From an uncultured virus (IMG/VR IMGVR_UViG_3300025732_000034) (taxonomy: Duplodnaviria > Heunggongvirae > Uroviricota > Caudoviricetes), in IMG/VR virus record IMGVR_UViG_3300025732_000034: a DNA stretch of 20,000 nt; one strand, written 5' to 3'. Each line of letters begins with the position of its first letter. Position 1 is the stretch's first letter. The notes under the pieces are model-generated. The model searched no databases. It was not told the origin of the DNA and saw nothing but the letters and a program-made list of their open reading frames with translations. This document shows positions 8,908-16,918 of this stretch, piece by piece. The position numbers and the translations under genes were made by a program.

Positions 8908-9315
8908 TTACTTCAAGAATGCCGAGTAAGCAGCATCACCAGTCTTCACGAAACGGTAGGTGTATGCGCCGAAACGGGGCACGGTCACCGAACCGTAAAT
9001 CGTGATGCCAGTGCCAGTCGTGACGGGCACGGTGGACGAAGCGCCGCTGTTGTTGTTGTTGCAAATCGTCAGTTCAAAAGCCGAGCCGACTTTTGCGCTG
9101 GGGATGGCTGCATCGAGCAACGCTGCGGTGGGCAGCGTAACGGTCAATGTAGCATCCGATGCTTTTTGGCAAACAACCAAACCAACTGCGACTTGAGCAG
9201 CAGTCAGGGTGGTGTCTGCTGTCAAAGTTGCGGGAACGGTTTGTACGGTCAGTTGTGCTTCTGTCAGATTGCCGTCACCAATTTGGTAACCGCCTGCGCC
9301 ATTAGGGAGAGCCAT
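8908..9315 (-). CDS. Putative capsid decoration/cement protein
   Basis: 135 aa, beta-rich (TLTVTLPTAALLDAAIPSAKVGSAFELTICN). Strong SD GAAAGGA. First gene after the major capsid. Confidence 0.6.
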   Translation of the reverse strand: MALPNGAGGYQIGDGNLTEAQLTVQTVPATLTADTTLTAAQVAVGLVVCQKASDATLTVTLPTAALLDAAIPSAKVGSAFELTICNNNNSGASSTVPVTTGTGITIYGSVTVPRFGAYTYRFVKTGDAAYSAFLK

Positions 9316-9345
9316 GATAAATTCCTTTCAAAATTAAATTGACGA

Positions 9346-9363
9346 AAGGGGCCGAAGCCCCTT
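9346..9363 (-). terminator. GC-rich UUCG hairpin 1 (post-capsid terminator)
   Basis: Minus strand AAGGGGC-TTCG-GCCCCTT-TCGTC, starting 6 nt after the capsid stop codon. Confidence 0.7.
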
Positions 9364-9369
9364 GGCCGT

Positions 9370-10572
9370 TTAGCCCCACAGACGAACGCCCATCTGGGGA
9401 CGGATCACGCTGTAACCGTACAGCACGTCAATACGACACGGCATGCGGTCGTTATTGATATCGTACTGGCGGACCACACGCATGGAGATGCCGTTGTGGA
9501 CAGCACGAGCAGCCATGTCAACGCCCTGGGGCAGCAACAGGTCAGCCGTAGCAAACGTGATCGCATCCTTGTGATACACCAAGTTCTGAGCGTAGTTGCC
9601 GCTGGCAGAACCAAGCATTGTCACGGCAGCGGTAGCAACCGGGAATGCGTTGATGGTAGCCAGAGCCTGATCAGCGGTGTACATCGCGGGGCTGACAGTC
9701 AGCGTGGCGGTGGACGAGCCGGAAGCGGCAGCGGTCACCACGAACTGCTGGAGCGAACCAGTGGACTCGCGGGTCTGCGGGTTCACTGCGTACACACCGG
9801 CCACGGTGAACACGTCGCCCACGTTCCAAGTCTTGCTGGAGCCGGTGAAGCTGATGCCCAGGGTGGTGGAGCCTTGGGTAGACACAGTGCTGGTCACGGT
9901 GATGCCAGTACCCCAGTCGCCGTTGGTGTGCTGCTTGATCGACTGAGACATATTGATCTCGTCGAAGCCCAACACGCCCATGCCCATCATGCCGTTCTTG
10001 AACTGCTTGCTGATGGTGTCGGTGGGGTTGAACAGACCTTTCATGCCTTCGACCAAACCAGCGTTAGCGGCGGGGTTGACGGTGGCATAACGGGGCGACA
10101 TGACAGCAGCGGCTTCGTTCAGCTTCTGCTGCGCTTGCAACAGAACCAAAGAGGTGCTGGGGGTCGTGCCGGGGGTGCCCACGGACTGATAGATGCTCTT
10201 GAAGCTGTTTGCCACATCGGCGTCGATGGACGAGGCCAACTGGCTGATACGAGGCTTCAACACACGCTCTGCGAAGTCGTCCAACTGCATGGTCAATTCG
10301 GCAGAGGTGAAGTTCACGCCGATGTGTTTCTGCGAAGAAACGGTCAGGGTCGTGTACTGTTCGTTGTCGTCCTGAACTTGCAGGGCGGCACCGTCGGTCA
10401 CCAGAGCGCGGTCCGGCAGGCGGATACGCAGGGTTGAACCAATCTTAGCGCCTTCAACAGCGAAGCTGTCGTCGTACTGACGGTTCACGTTGCGGGTGAG
10501 CACCAGGTTGTTCTCGAGGATTTCGAGAGCCTTCCGGGTGATCATGTCAATGGTTAAAATACTATTCGCCAT
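9370..10572 (-). CDS. Major capsid protein (P22 coat protein gp5-like family)
   Basis: 400 aa; MANSILTIDMITRKALEILENNL, GAKIGSTLRIRLP, QNLVYHKDAITFATADL and CRIDVLYG are typical of P22-like coat proteins. SD GAAAGGA. Follows the scaffold. Confidence 0.92.
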   Translation of the reverse strand: MANSILTIDMITRKALEILENNLVLTRNVNRQYDDSFAVEGAKIGSTLRIRLPDRALVTDGAALQVQDDNEQYTTLTVSSQKHIGVNFTSAELTMQLDDFAERVLKPRISQLASSIDADVANSFKSIYQSVGTPGTTPSTSLVLLQAQQKLNEAAAVMSPRYATVNPAANAGLVEGMKGLFNPTDTISKQFKNGMMGMGVLGFDEINMSQSIKQHTNGDWGTGITVTSTVSTQGSTTLGISFTGSSKTWNVGDVFTVAGVYAVNPQTRESTGSLQQFVVTAAASGSSTATLTVSPAMYTADQALATINAFPVATAAVTMLGSASGNYAQNLVYHKDAITFATADLLLPQGVDMAARAVHNGISMRVVRQYDINNDRMPCRIDVLYGYSVIRPQMGVRLWG

Positions 10573-10593
10573 GATGCGAGTCCTTTCAAAGTT

Positions 10594-11397
10594 TTAGCGA
10601 TTCATTTGTGCCTGCATCTTACGCATCTGGCGGGCGCGTTCAGCTTCAATCCATTCCGACGTACTCATGGCCTTCACAGAGCGAGGGTCAGTTGTGTCGT
10701 AGGACGGGTTACCGCTGGTTCGTGCCGTTACAGGTGTGATAGGTGCTGGCGCAGACGTTGTAGGTTTGACAACGGGGTTGCTGCCAAGTTTGGCCTCAAT
10801 TTTCCCGATCTCTCGTGCCTGCAAAATAGGGGACAAATGAGAAATACGATCTGCTTCTTTTGGATTCGATCCCAACCAGTAGGCTAGATCGGGTCCAATT
10901 TCAGAAGCCTGAATCGCTTCGGCCATCGAGTCCGTAATTCTGACGCTGGGGTTGTAAGCGACTTGCTCGAAGTCATCATACTTGTCCCGTGCGGCTTCTT
11001 CACGTTCTTGATAAGCGGCTTGCGTCGCAGCCTGTTGCTTTTGGCGCTCACGAATCTCAAGAAGCTGATGGGCCTTGCGCTCGGCCAATGCGTCAGCATA
11101 GGCTTCGTCAGACTCAAAAGCACTGCGATCCAGGTCGCCTCTGGGCATCGACTGCGCGGCTTGCGTTTCCGCCAACCGTGCTTGCTGCTCCCGTTCCCAT
11201 TTGCGCTGTTCTCTTGCGAGGCGCTTGCCGATAGCAGCATCGAGTTCTTCCTGGGTGAATGTCTTCGACGCAGGCTGTTGCTCGGGCTGATTCTCAGCTA
11301 CTTCCGGCGCATTTTGTGCAATATCCGGGGTGGCCGTCACCTCGGTTGCTGGCGCGGAGTCTACTTCCGCTAAGGCTTGTTGGACTTCTTCAGTCAT
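10594..11397 (-). CDS. Capsid scaffolding protein
   Basis: 267 aa with acidic N-terminus, KTFTQEELDAAIGKRLAREQRKWERE coiled coil, GPDLAYWLGSNP, and C-terminal MSTSEWIEAER helix. Immediately upstream of the capsid gene. Confidence 0.85.
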   Translation of the reverse strand: MTEEVQQALAEVDSAPATEVTATPDIAQNAPEVAENQPEQQPASKTFTQEELDAAIGKRLAREQRKWEREQQARLAETQAAQSMPRGDLDRSAFESDEAYADALAERKAHQLLEIRERQKQQAATQAAYQEREEAARDKYDDFEQVAYNPSVRITDSMAEAIQASEIGPDLAYWLGSNPKEADRISHLSPILQAREIGKIEAKLGSNPVVKPTTSAPAPITPVTARTSGNPSYDTTDPRSVKAMSTSEWIEAERARQMRKMQAQMNR

Positions 11398-11444
11398 TTT
11401 TTGTTGATTCTTTAGAATCCCTGGTCAACTGGGCCAGTACAGTT
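11398..11444 (-). promoter_or_regulatory. Structured 5' leader of the scaffold mRNA (candidate pseudoknot plus hairpin, no SD)
   Basis: Minus strand AACTG-TA-CTGG-CC-CAGTT-GA-CCAG-GG-GATTC-like run ending GATTCTAAAGAATC-AACAAAAA-ATG. AACTG/CAGTT and CTGG/CCAG are interleaved complementary pairs; GATTC-TAAA-GAATC (11419-11406) is a hairpin. Confidence 0.5.
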
Positions 11445-11449
11445 CTCAG

Positions 11450-11477
11450 ATTATGCGCTAAGAAGGCGCTGTGTCAA
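11450..11477 (-). promoter_or_regulatory. Sigma70-type promoter for the scaffold/capsid operon
   Basis: TTGACA (11477-11472), 16-bp spacer, CATAAT (11455-11450), lying in the longest intergenic gap of the structural cluster. Confidence 0.7.
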
Positions 11478-11490
11478 GAGATGGTCAAAG

Positions 11491-12789
11491 TTAAAAAACA
11501 ATAACGCTGACATTTCTACCATCAGTTGGCGTACCAGCCGCATTCGTAACTGACAGTAAAAATTGACTTGTACTTACCGGAACAATTCCGCACGTTAAGC
11601 TAGGCGTCCCCGAAGAATTATCTTCAGCGTTTGCAGATACAGAAAAATACATTGTTGGCATTGCATTTTGCAAAGTGACCGTATAGTTTCCAGCGCTATT
11701 TCTAACTATCGAAACAATGCTGTATGACGAATTTATCGTCACAGAACTTTTGCCCGAAAATTGAGCCGTTGCTTGAGCTGTTGATTTAATTAAGTTTCTA
11801 ATTGGCAGATCAGAGTACACTTTTCCTGTGGAGCGATCAGTGTTAAATCCCCAAGTTAAATTAGTGACAAGGCCACCCGCCGGAACGTACAAAGAATACG
11901 CGTATGGCACACCTTGGTCATCAAAAGTGCATCCATCAATTTCAAAACCTTCGCAATTTTCAACGCGTATTGCTTGAGTTGCCTTGCCCGTCAACGCGCA
12001 AAAATAAGTGTCCTTAATTGAAATTCCAAGCGGGGCATCGGTGCCTGTTTTGTCGCAAAATACCTCAACAGTTCCGTTTCCTTCAATGTAACAGTTGGAA
12101 ACCAACAAAGATTTTGGGCGATAAATAGCGTCAGTATCACCTAACAAATAAATGCCATATTGATCGTTTGCTTCCCAAGTACAGTTTACAGCTTCGTTTG
12201 CGCGGCCGCCGTGCATAAACAGCCCAGCGCGGGCGTTTTCTACACCCATGCAGCCTACCATTGTGTTTGCATTTGCTTCGTCGCTAAAATAAAAACCGTC
12301 TTGTCGGCAGTTATCTGATTTGACGAAATACAACATGTTGTTGTATGACCAATTCAACAACAACCCAATGTTATGGTTGTAGATGCGCACATTCTCAAAA
12401 ACGCAATCAACGCTGTATTGAGCGTTTATGCCATATTGAGAAGAATTGTTGCCGTAAACACTTAAGTTTTTTAGCCCAGCTTTTACGACGTTATCGCCAA
12501 CACTACCGGGGAGGGTAATTGCGCTGCCGTTGCCTTCGTAACGCAAATTACTGCTATCCATACCTTCGCCAACAAGTCTGACAAGATTTGGAAGCGACAA
12601 GCCAGTATTGCATTTGTAGTCGCCCCACGGAAGAAAAACAATGCCGCCAAAACCGGTTTGGTCAAGCGCGTCAATTGCATCTTGAATAGCGCTTGATGAG
12701 TCGGCTACGCCCGTTCTATCCGCGCCGTAATCGAGCACGTTTAGAACCGCACCCTCAATCATTGAAAAAGAAACTTTAGTTAAAGACAT
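11491..12789 (-). CDS. Tailspike / polysaccharide depolymerase with pectate-lyase-like right-handed beta-helix
   Basis: 432 aa; NVLDYGADRTGVADSSSAIQDAID..GGIVFLPWGDY is the pectate_lyase_3-type start, followed by Asn/Cys-rich beta-helix rungs and C-terminal SIVRNSAGNYTVT. SD AAGGA. Low GC. Confidence 0.8.
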   Translation of the reverse strand: MSLTKVSFSMIEGAVLNVLDYGADRTGVADSSSAIQDAIDALDQTGFGGIVFLPWGDYKCNTGLSLPNLVRLVGEGMDSSNLRYEGNGSAITLPGSVGDNVVKAGLKNLSVYGNNSSQYGINAQYSVDCVFENVRIYNHNIGLLLNWSYNNMLYFVKSDNCRQDGFYFSDEANANTMVGCMGVENARAGLFMHGGRANEAVNCTWEANDQYGIYLLGDTDAIYRPKSLLVSNCYIEGNGTVEVFCDKTGTDAPLGISIKDTYFCALTGKATQAIRVENCEGFEIDGCTFDDQGVPYAYSLYVPAGGLVTNLTWGFNTDRSTGKVYSDLPIRNLIKSTAQATAQFSGKSSVTINSSYSIVSIVRNSAGNYTVTLQNAMPTMYFSVSANAEDNSSGTPSLTCGIVPVSTSQFLLSVTNAAGTPTDGRNVSVIVF

Positions 12790-12801
12790 GTTTTTTCCTT
12801 A

Positions 12802-13563
12802 CTAGGTCATGTAAGTGATTACGGCATCAATGTATGATCCTGCGGCAAAAGTAGAGACGGCGAGGCCAGTTAAGTTGCCCGTCGCACCTGTTGACCCAGT
12901 CAATGTCGCTGTTGTTGACGACGGGCTAACGTAGCCAGCTATATAAACTTGACCCGCAGTCAAGTTACCCCAAATCGCTAAATGAACAGACCCTGCGATT
13001 CTGTCGCCGCTTCTTGACGTGAACGGCAAGCCACCAATTACTAAACTGCCTGCCATGCCAGAAGTTGTAGCGATTCTTACGGAAGCAGTACAGGTAACTT
13101 GTCGGCCAATTCTTGTGTAAGCGCCATACTGCCATGTATACGTTTGCGTACCAGAAGTGGTATCGCCAGAAATCGTCGGCGTCCAAGTGCCTTCTTCATA
13201 CCAGTTCAGCAACTGGCTGGTCTTACCCGCTGCGGGGGTGTTGGCGGTGAAGTTGAAGCCTTTGGCGGCTGTGCCTTGGATTAGGTTCCCAGTACCTAAA
13301 GTTTGATCGCCAGTAAATGATTGCGCGGCGTCTGTTCTTGCGGCCGTAAAATTAGCATCTGGCGTTGTCATAACGCGAGTTGTACCCGCAGTTGGGCCGG
13401 CCACTTGCAAAATCCCACTGGTTGCGTTGGATTGAATTTGCTTAGGCCGCAAATCATTGTTAGCAACTTTTTTGGTTGTGCTGCTTTGCACAATGGGTAA
13501 AACTTCCGTTCCGTCAAGCGGCGTTGTCGCTGACGTAAGACCGGAAATCTTAGTATTTGCCAT
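12802..13563 (-). CDS. Tail fibre / receptor-binding accessory protein
   Basis: 253 aa; N-terminal MANTKISGLTSATTPLDGTEVLPIVQS, plus a WYEEGTWTP...GAYTRIGRQVT...IGGLPFT domain common in phage fibre proteins. Confidence 0.7.
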   Translation of the reverse strand: MANTKISGLTSATTPLDGTEVLPIVQSSTTKKVANNDLRPKQIQSNATSGILQVAGPTAGTTRVMTTPDANFTAARTDAAQSFTGDQTLGTGNLIQGTAAKGFNFTANTPAAGKTSQLLNWYEEGTWTPTISGDTTSGTQTYTWQYGAYTRIGRQVTCTASVRIATTSGMAGSLVIGGLPFTSRSGDRIAGSVHLAIWGNLTAGQVYIAGYVSPSSTTATLTGSTGATGNLTGLAVSTFAAGSYIDAVITYMT

Positions 13564-13565
13564 TC

Positions 13566-14048
13566 TTAACTAGCCTGAATTTCAATTTTAGAGCCGTACG
13601 GGGGCGCTTCCGAAAAAACCAAATTTGTCCCGCTAACCGAGTATGTGCTTTGGTTTTGGTACGCGCCGTTTATAAAAACATTCTGGATGTTTTTAGAAAT
13701 CGTAAATGTTGTCTGAGCGCCCGTTCCAACATAGGAAATGATAAATATAGCCCCCGCGCCCGATACGTTGTCATACGTAGCAATTAAAACGTCATTGCTA
13801 TCCGTCAACACAAATTTGTACCGCGTAGTGCTGCTTAACCAAATTTCGCCGCTACCAGACACGCGACCAGCCGCATTTAATACAATCGGGTTGGTCCATG
13901 CAACGTTTGCCGCAGAAGTCGTATACGTCACGGCAGGCGTGGTCGTGCCTGCCGAATAGGTGTACAGCTTGCCGCCAGTCAGGACGGCGCCGGTGTTTGT
14001 AAAGAACTGGGCTGCAACGCCGCCCACTGGGGAAAGGTTGACAGCCAT
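13566..14048 (-). CDS. Tailspike anchor (particle-binding) domain plus adaptor domain
   Basis: 160 aa; QFFTNTGAVLTGGKLYTYSAGTTTP...NPIVLNAAGR...TYDNV is a tailspike N-terminal anchor motif, followed by a small beta domain GTGAQTTFT..VFINGAYQ..YSVSGTNLVFSEAPP. No catalytic domain. Confidence 0.7.
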   Translation of the reverse strand: MAVNLSPVGGVAAQFFTNTGAVLTGGKLYTYSAGTTTPAVTYTTSAANVAWTNPIVLNAAGRVSGSGEIWLSSTTRYKFVLTDSNDVLIATYDNVSGAGAIFIISYVGTGAQTTFTISKNIQNVFINGAYQNQSTYSVSGTNLVFSEAPPYGSKIEIQAS

Positions 14049-14057
14049 GGCTTGTCC

Positions 14058-14324
14058 TTATTCGTAGGCGACGGTGTATTCGATGGTGTTGGCGATGTCA
14101 ATGTACAGGCCGTTGCTGAACCACAGACCTGCGGGAAAGCTAACGTATTGGGTGCCTGCACTGACCGTCACGGTGTTGACGATCTTGGGGTCGCTGGTGC
14201 TGCTGTTGGCCGTGTCGTACAACGCAAACGTGCCGCTCGAGGTGCTAGAGATGAACACGCCGTACAGCTTGCCGCCGCCGATTTTGATCTGCGAGTCTGC
14301 GTTACCTTGTTTGTAGAGTGCCAT
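14058..14324 (-). CDS. Small beta-rich putative virion protein
   Basis: 88 aa with a strong SD (TAAGGAG), lying between the Dps-like gene and the tailspike anchor gene. Confidence 0.6.
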   Translation of the reverse strand: MALYKQGNADSQIKIGGGKLYGVFISSTSSGTFALYDTANSSTSDPKIVNTVTVSAGTQYVSFPAGLWFSNGLYIDIANTIEYTVAYE

Positions 14325-14333
14325 GTTGGCTCC

Positions 14334-14699
14334 TTATGCGAGGAATTTTAACTTGTAAAGGGTCGTCAAGTACAGCTCGACAATATTGTCGATCAACTGT
14401 TGCAGTGACGTGTCTTCTTTTTTAGCCACTTTGTACCGCATTTCCTCAACATCGGCCAACGATGACTCCAAAAACTCAATGATATTCGTCGTTTTCTTGG
14501 CTGTCATCAGGCTGATTGGCCCGATCAGGCCATGACGGCCCTGGTAAGCCTCGGCAAACGCATCAGCGTGGTCAATGATGCTGTCGTAGAAGGTGTTGAG
14601 CGCCATGTGCTTGGAAAAGCTGCGGGTGTTCAGATGCACTGAATGGGCCACGTCGCGGGCCAAAAACAAAGTGCCTACAAAATCGGCTGCGGTGCTCAT
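14334..14699 (-). CDS. Dps/ferritin-like four-helix protein (DUF5856-like)
   Basis: 121 aa; AHSVHLNTRSFSKHMALNTFYDSIIDHADAFAEAYQG resembles the Dps H-W-N...H...Y......D..AE ferroxidase pattern. ATGA overlap with the portal stop. Confidence 0.65.
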   Translation of the reverse strand: MSTAADFVGTLFLARDVAHSVHLNTRSFSKHMALNTFYDSIIDHADAFAEAYQGRHGLIGPISLMTAKKTTNIIEFLESSLADVEEMRYKVAKKEDTSLQQLIDNIVELYLTTLYKLKFLA

Positions 14700-16915
14700 T
14701 GCGGTAGTCCTTCAGGTTGCATTGGCATCTGGGGCGGAGCCATCTCAGCACCTGGGGGCATTTCAGCACCCACAGGCATCTCGGGCATCTCTTGACCCTC
14801 ATACCCCATGACCAGATCATTGCTGTGCATGGCTGCGGCCACAACGCCCATTGCGATGTCTTGAATCTGCTGCTCGGACATGCCAGCCTGGACCGCGGCG
14901 ATACGCTTGGTTTCGGCATTGTAGGCTTCGATGTCGGCCTTGAACTCTTTGATCGCAATATCGCGGGCTTCGATGGACTGCTGCACGTTTTGCAGCATGC
15001 CAGCCATCTGTTGCATCTCTTGGTTCATGGCATCGATCTGCTGTTTGGCAGCAGCCAGTGCCGGATTGTCCTCGTCGTCGCCAATGATGGCCGGATCGAT
15101 GACCTTGGCAAAGCGTTTCGCCATCTCCTGCGAACCCGGCCAGTCCATGTTCTTGATGAACAAGTCGCCAGCCACTTTCCACAGATCGGGGTTACCTTGC
15201 AGCAATTGAGCCATCGACTCGAGCGACTCTTGACGCTTGGTCTGGAAGCCTGGACCAGTGATCACGCGCACGTCGTACTTGCCAACACCAGGGTTGTAGA
15301 TTTTCTCGATCACGATGCCTTGCTCGTTGACGATCTTCTTGACCGGCTCTTGCTGCATCGGGTTGATCTTGACCATGCCCGACTCGCCGTCTTCTTGGAT
15401 GATGCGGGCGATGCGCTCGGTGTCGTAAATCTTGGGGATCAGGTCCACGAGTTGACGGCCAACGTAGCGGATCATGCGGGCGTAGTTGTCAACGTAGTGA
15501 TAGGTGCCGGTGTCGGACTCACGTTGACGCGCCAGGATGGCCTTGCCAGAGCGTTCGTTGGATGTTTGACCCAGCGATGCGTTGTACTGACCTGTCGTGC
15601 TCTTGATGTCGTCAGAAGCGCCCATTTTGGCCTGAATAAGACCGGTTTGGGGCAAAGGTGGGGCCGCACGTTGCGGAAGCGGCAAAACGGCTCCCTGGCC
15701 GTCTGTGACATCGGGGTTGACCTCAAGGTAGGGCCAGTTTTGGGTATTGGCAGTTTTCCACTGCATCTCATACCCTTCAAACTGACCGCCGTAGCCGATG
15801 AACGGCGCTTTGGGGGCCAGCGCCAGCATCTCGGCTTCCTGCGAAGTCCAGTAGTTGTACATGCGCTGCGCGTCTTTGGCGTTACGCACGAGGCCGCTGA
15901 CGTACAGGCGACCCTCAACCTCGAACTCGTTGCCTACGCAGCGGATCACGGGGATGTGGGAACCAGCCCAGTCGGCCCGCTCGAGCACCTCGTAGCCGTT
16001 GATCTTGAGCCATTTGATGCGTTTGCGATCAGACTGGCGCGACTTCAGGGGCTTGATGAACTGCTTTTTGAGCATCCTGTCTTCAGGAGTGCCATCAAAC
16101 GCAGTGATGTTGCCAGGGTACAGATTCAGCGTTTCGCGGGTGTGCTCGATGTAGAAATACTCGGCGATGCGGACTGTGTTCTCGTTGAGCCACTGGCTGA
16201 TGGACTGGTCGCCCACGCCCAGAGTCTGCAAAGTGGTCAAAGGTGAGGCGTTGGGGAACTGGCGCTCGTACTCGTCACGCGGCAGGTCTTCGGTGATAAA
16301 ACACCAGCGGGCATCAGCGCCGCAGGGGTCTTGAATCAACGGGTCCATGTAGACGCTGAAGCTGTTTCGGATGCGTCCGATCTTGATGTCCTGGTTGAAC
16401 GTAGCTGCGTCGCAGTATTCGGTCAGGATACGCACGTAGCCTTCACCGTAGGCCACCTGGTTCTCGCATGCGGTGTCATAGGCCACGTCGGCATCGGAGA
16501 TGTACTCGATGTGACGGATGACGCCGTTGAAAATCTCGGCCACTTCAACGTCGGCCTTGTCATCGACGGGGATGACTTTGGGCTGCGGGCGATTTTGTCG
16601 CTGCTCGTTGGTGACTTGGTGAACGTGCTGGGGCAGCTTGTTAATTGTCAGGCAGGGGCGAGCGTTGATGGTCTGCCCTTGCACTGCACCACGGGTTGCC
16701 AGCACGTCCGCGGGCCACTGCCAGTGGTTGTCCGGTGAGCCTGCATAGAAGCGCAGGTCATCGAGTTCATCTTCACGCGACTCCGACAACGCAGAAATCG
16801 CCATATCCAGGCGGCTGCGGGCGGTCGAGAGGACTTGCGCGTCGCTTTTGTCCTTGGCCGAGCCGCCTTCACTGACCGCACCGGCAGCGACGACTCCTGT
16901 GTAGTCTTGCGGCAT
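14696..16915 (-). CDS. Portal protein (P22 gp1-like)
   Basis: 739 aa; RPCLTINKL, GLVRNAKDAQRMYNYW, SGKAILARQ, LIPKIYDTERIARI and GKYDVRVITGP, plus a C-terminal coiled-coil barrel region typical of P22-type portals. Confidence 0.92.
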   Translation of the reverse strand: MPQDYTGVVAAGAVSEGGSAKDKSDAQVLSTARSRLDMAISALSESREDELDDLRFYAGSPDNHWQWPADVLATRGAVQGQTINARPCLTINKLPQHVHQVTNEQRQNRPQPKVIPVDDKADVEVAEIFNGVIRHIEYISDADVAYDTACENQVAYGEGYVRILTEYCDAATFNQDIKIGRIRNSFSVYMDPLIQDPCGADARWCFITEDLPRDEYERQFPNASPLTTLQTLGVGDQSISQWLNENTVRIAEYFYIEHTRETLNLYPGNITAFDGTPEDRMLKKQFIKPLKSRQSDRKRIKWLKINGYEVLERADWAGSHIPVIRCVGNEFEVEGRLYVSGLVRNAKDAQRMYNYWTSQEAEMLALAPKAPFIGYGGQFEGYEMQWKTANTQNWPYLEVNPDVTDGQGAVLPLPQRAAPPLPQTGLIQAKMGASDDIKSTTGQYNASLGQTSNERSGKAILARQRESDTGTYHYVDNYARMIRYVGRQLVDLIPKIYDTERIARIIQEDGESGMVKINPMQQEPVKKIVNEQGIVIEKIYNPGVGKYDVRVITGPGFQTKRQESLESMAQLLQGNPDLWKVAGDLFIKNMDWPGSQEMAKRFAKVIDPAIIGDDEDNPALAAAKQQIDAMNQEMQQMAGMLQNVQQSIEARDIAIKEFKADIEAYNAETKRIAAVQAGMSEQQIQDIAMGVVAAAMHSNDLVMGYEGQEMPEMPVGAEMPPGAEMAPPQMPMQPEGLPQ

Positions 16916-16918
16916 GGT

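Noticed and set aside
8550..9363. Repeated hairpins read as a CRISPR array or REP/mobile elements
   Set aside because: Only three copies, separated by whole genes and each directly after a stop codon; no cas or transposase gene.
9496..10437. 313-aa plus-strand ORF (likewise 6616..7563)
   Set aside because: Antisense shadows of the major capsid and gp10-like genes.
11491..13563. Diversity-generating retroelement or invertible tail-fibre cassette
   Set aside because: No reverse transcriptase, invertase, template/variable repeat pair or flanking inverted repeats seen in this window.
14700..14800. Short repeat at the portal 3' end (GAEMPP/GAEMAP)
   Set aside because: Low-complexity Met/Pro/Gln tail, common in portal C-termini; no sign of separate function.
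14717..16246. 509-aa plus-strand ORF
   Set aside because: Antisense shadow of the portal, expected from codon bias in GC-rich genes; no recognisable motif.
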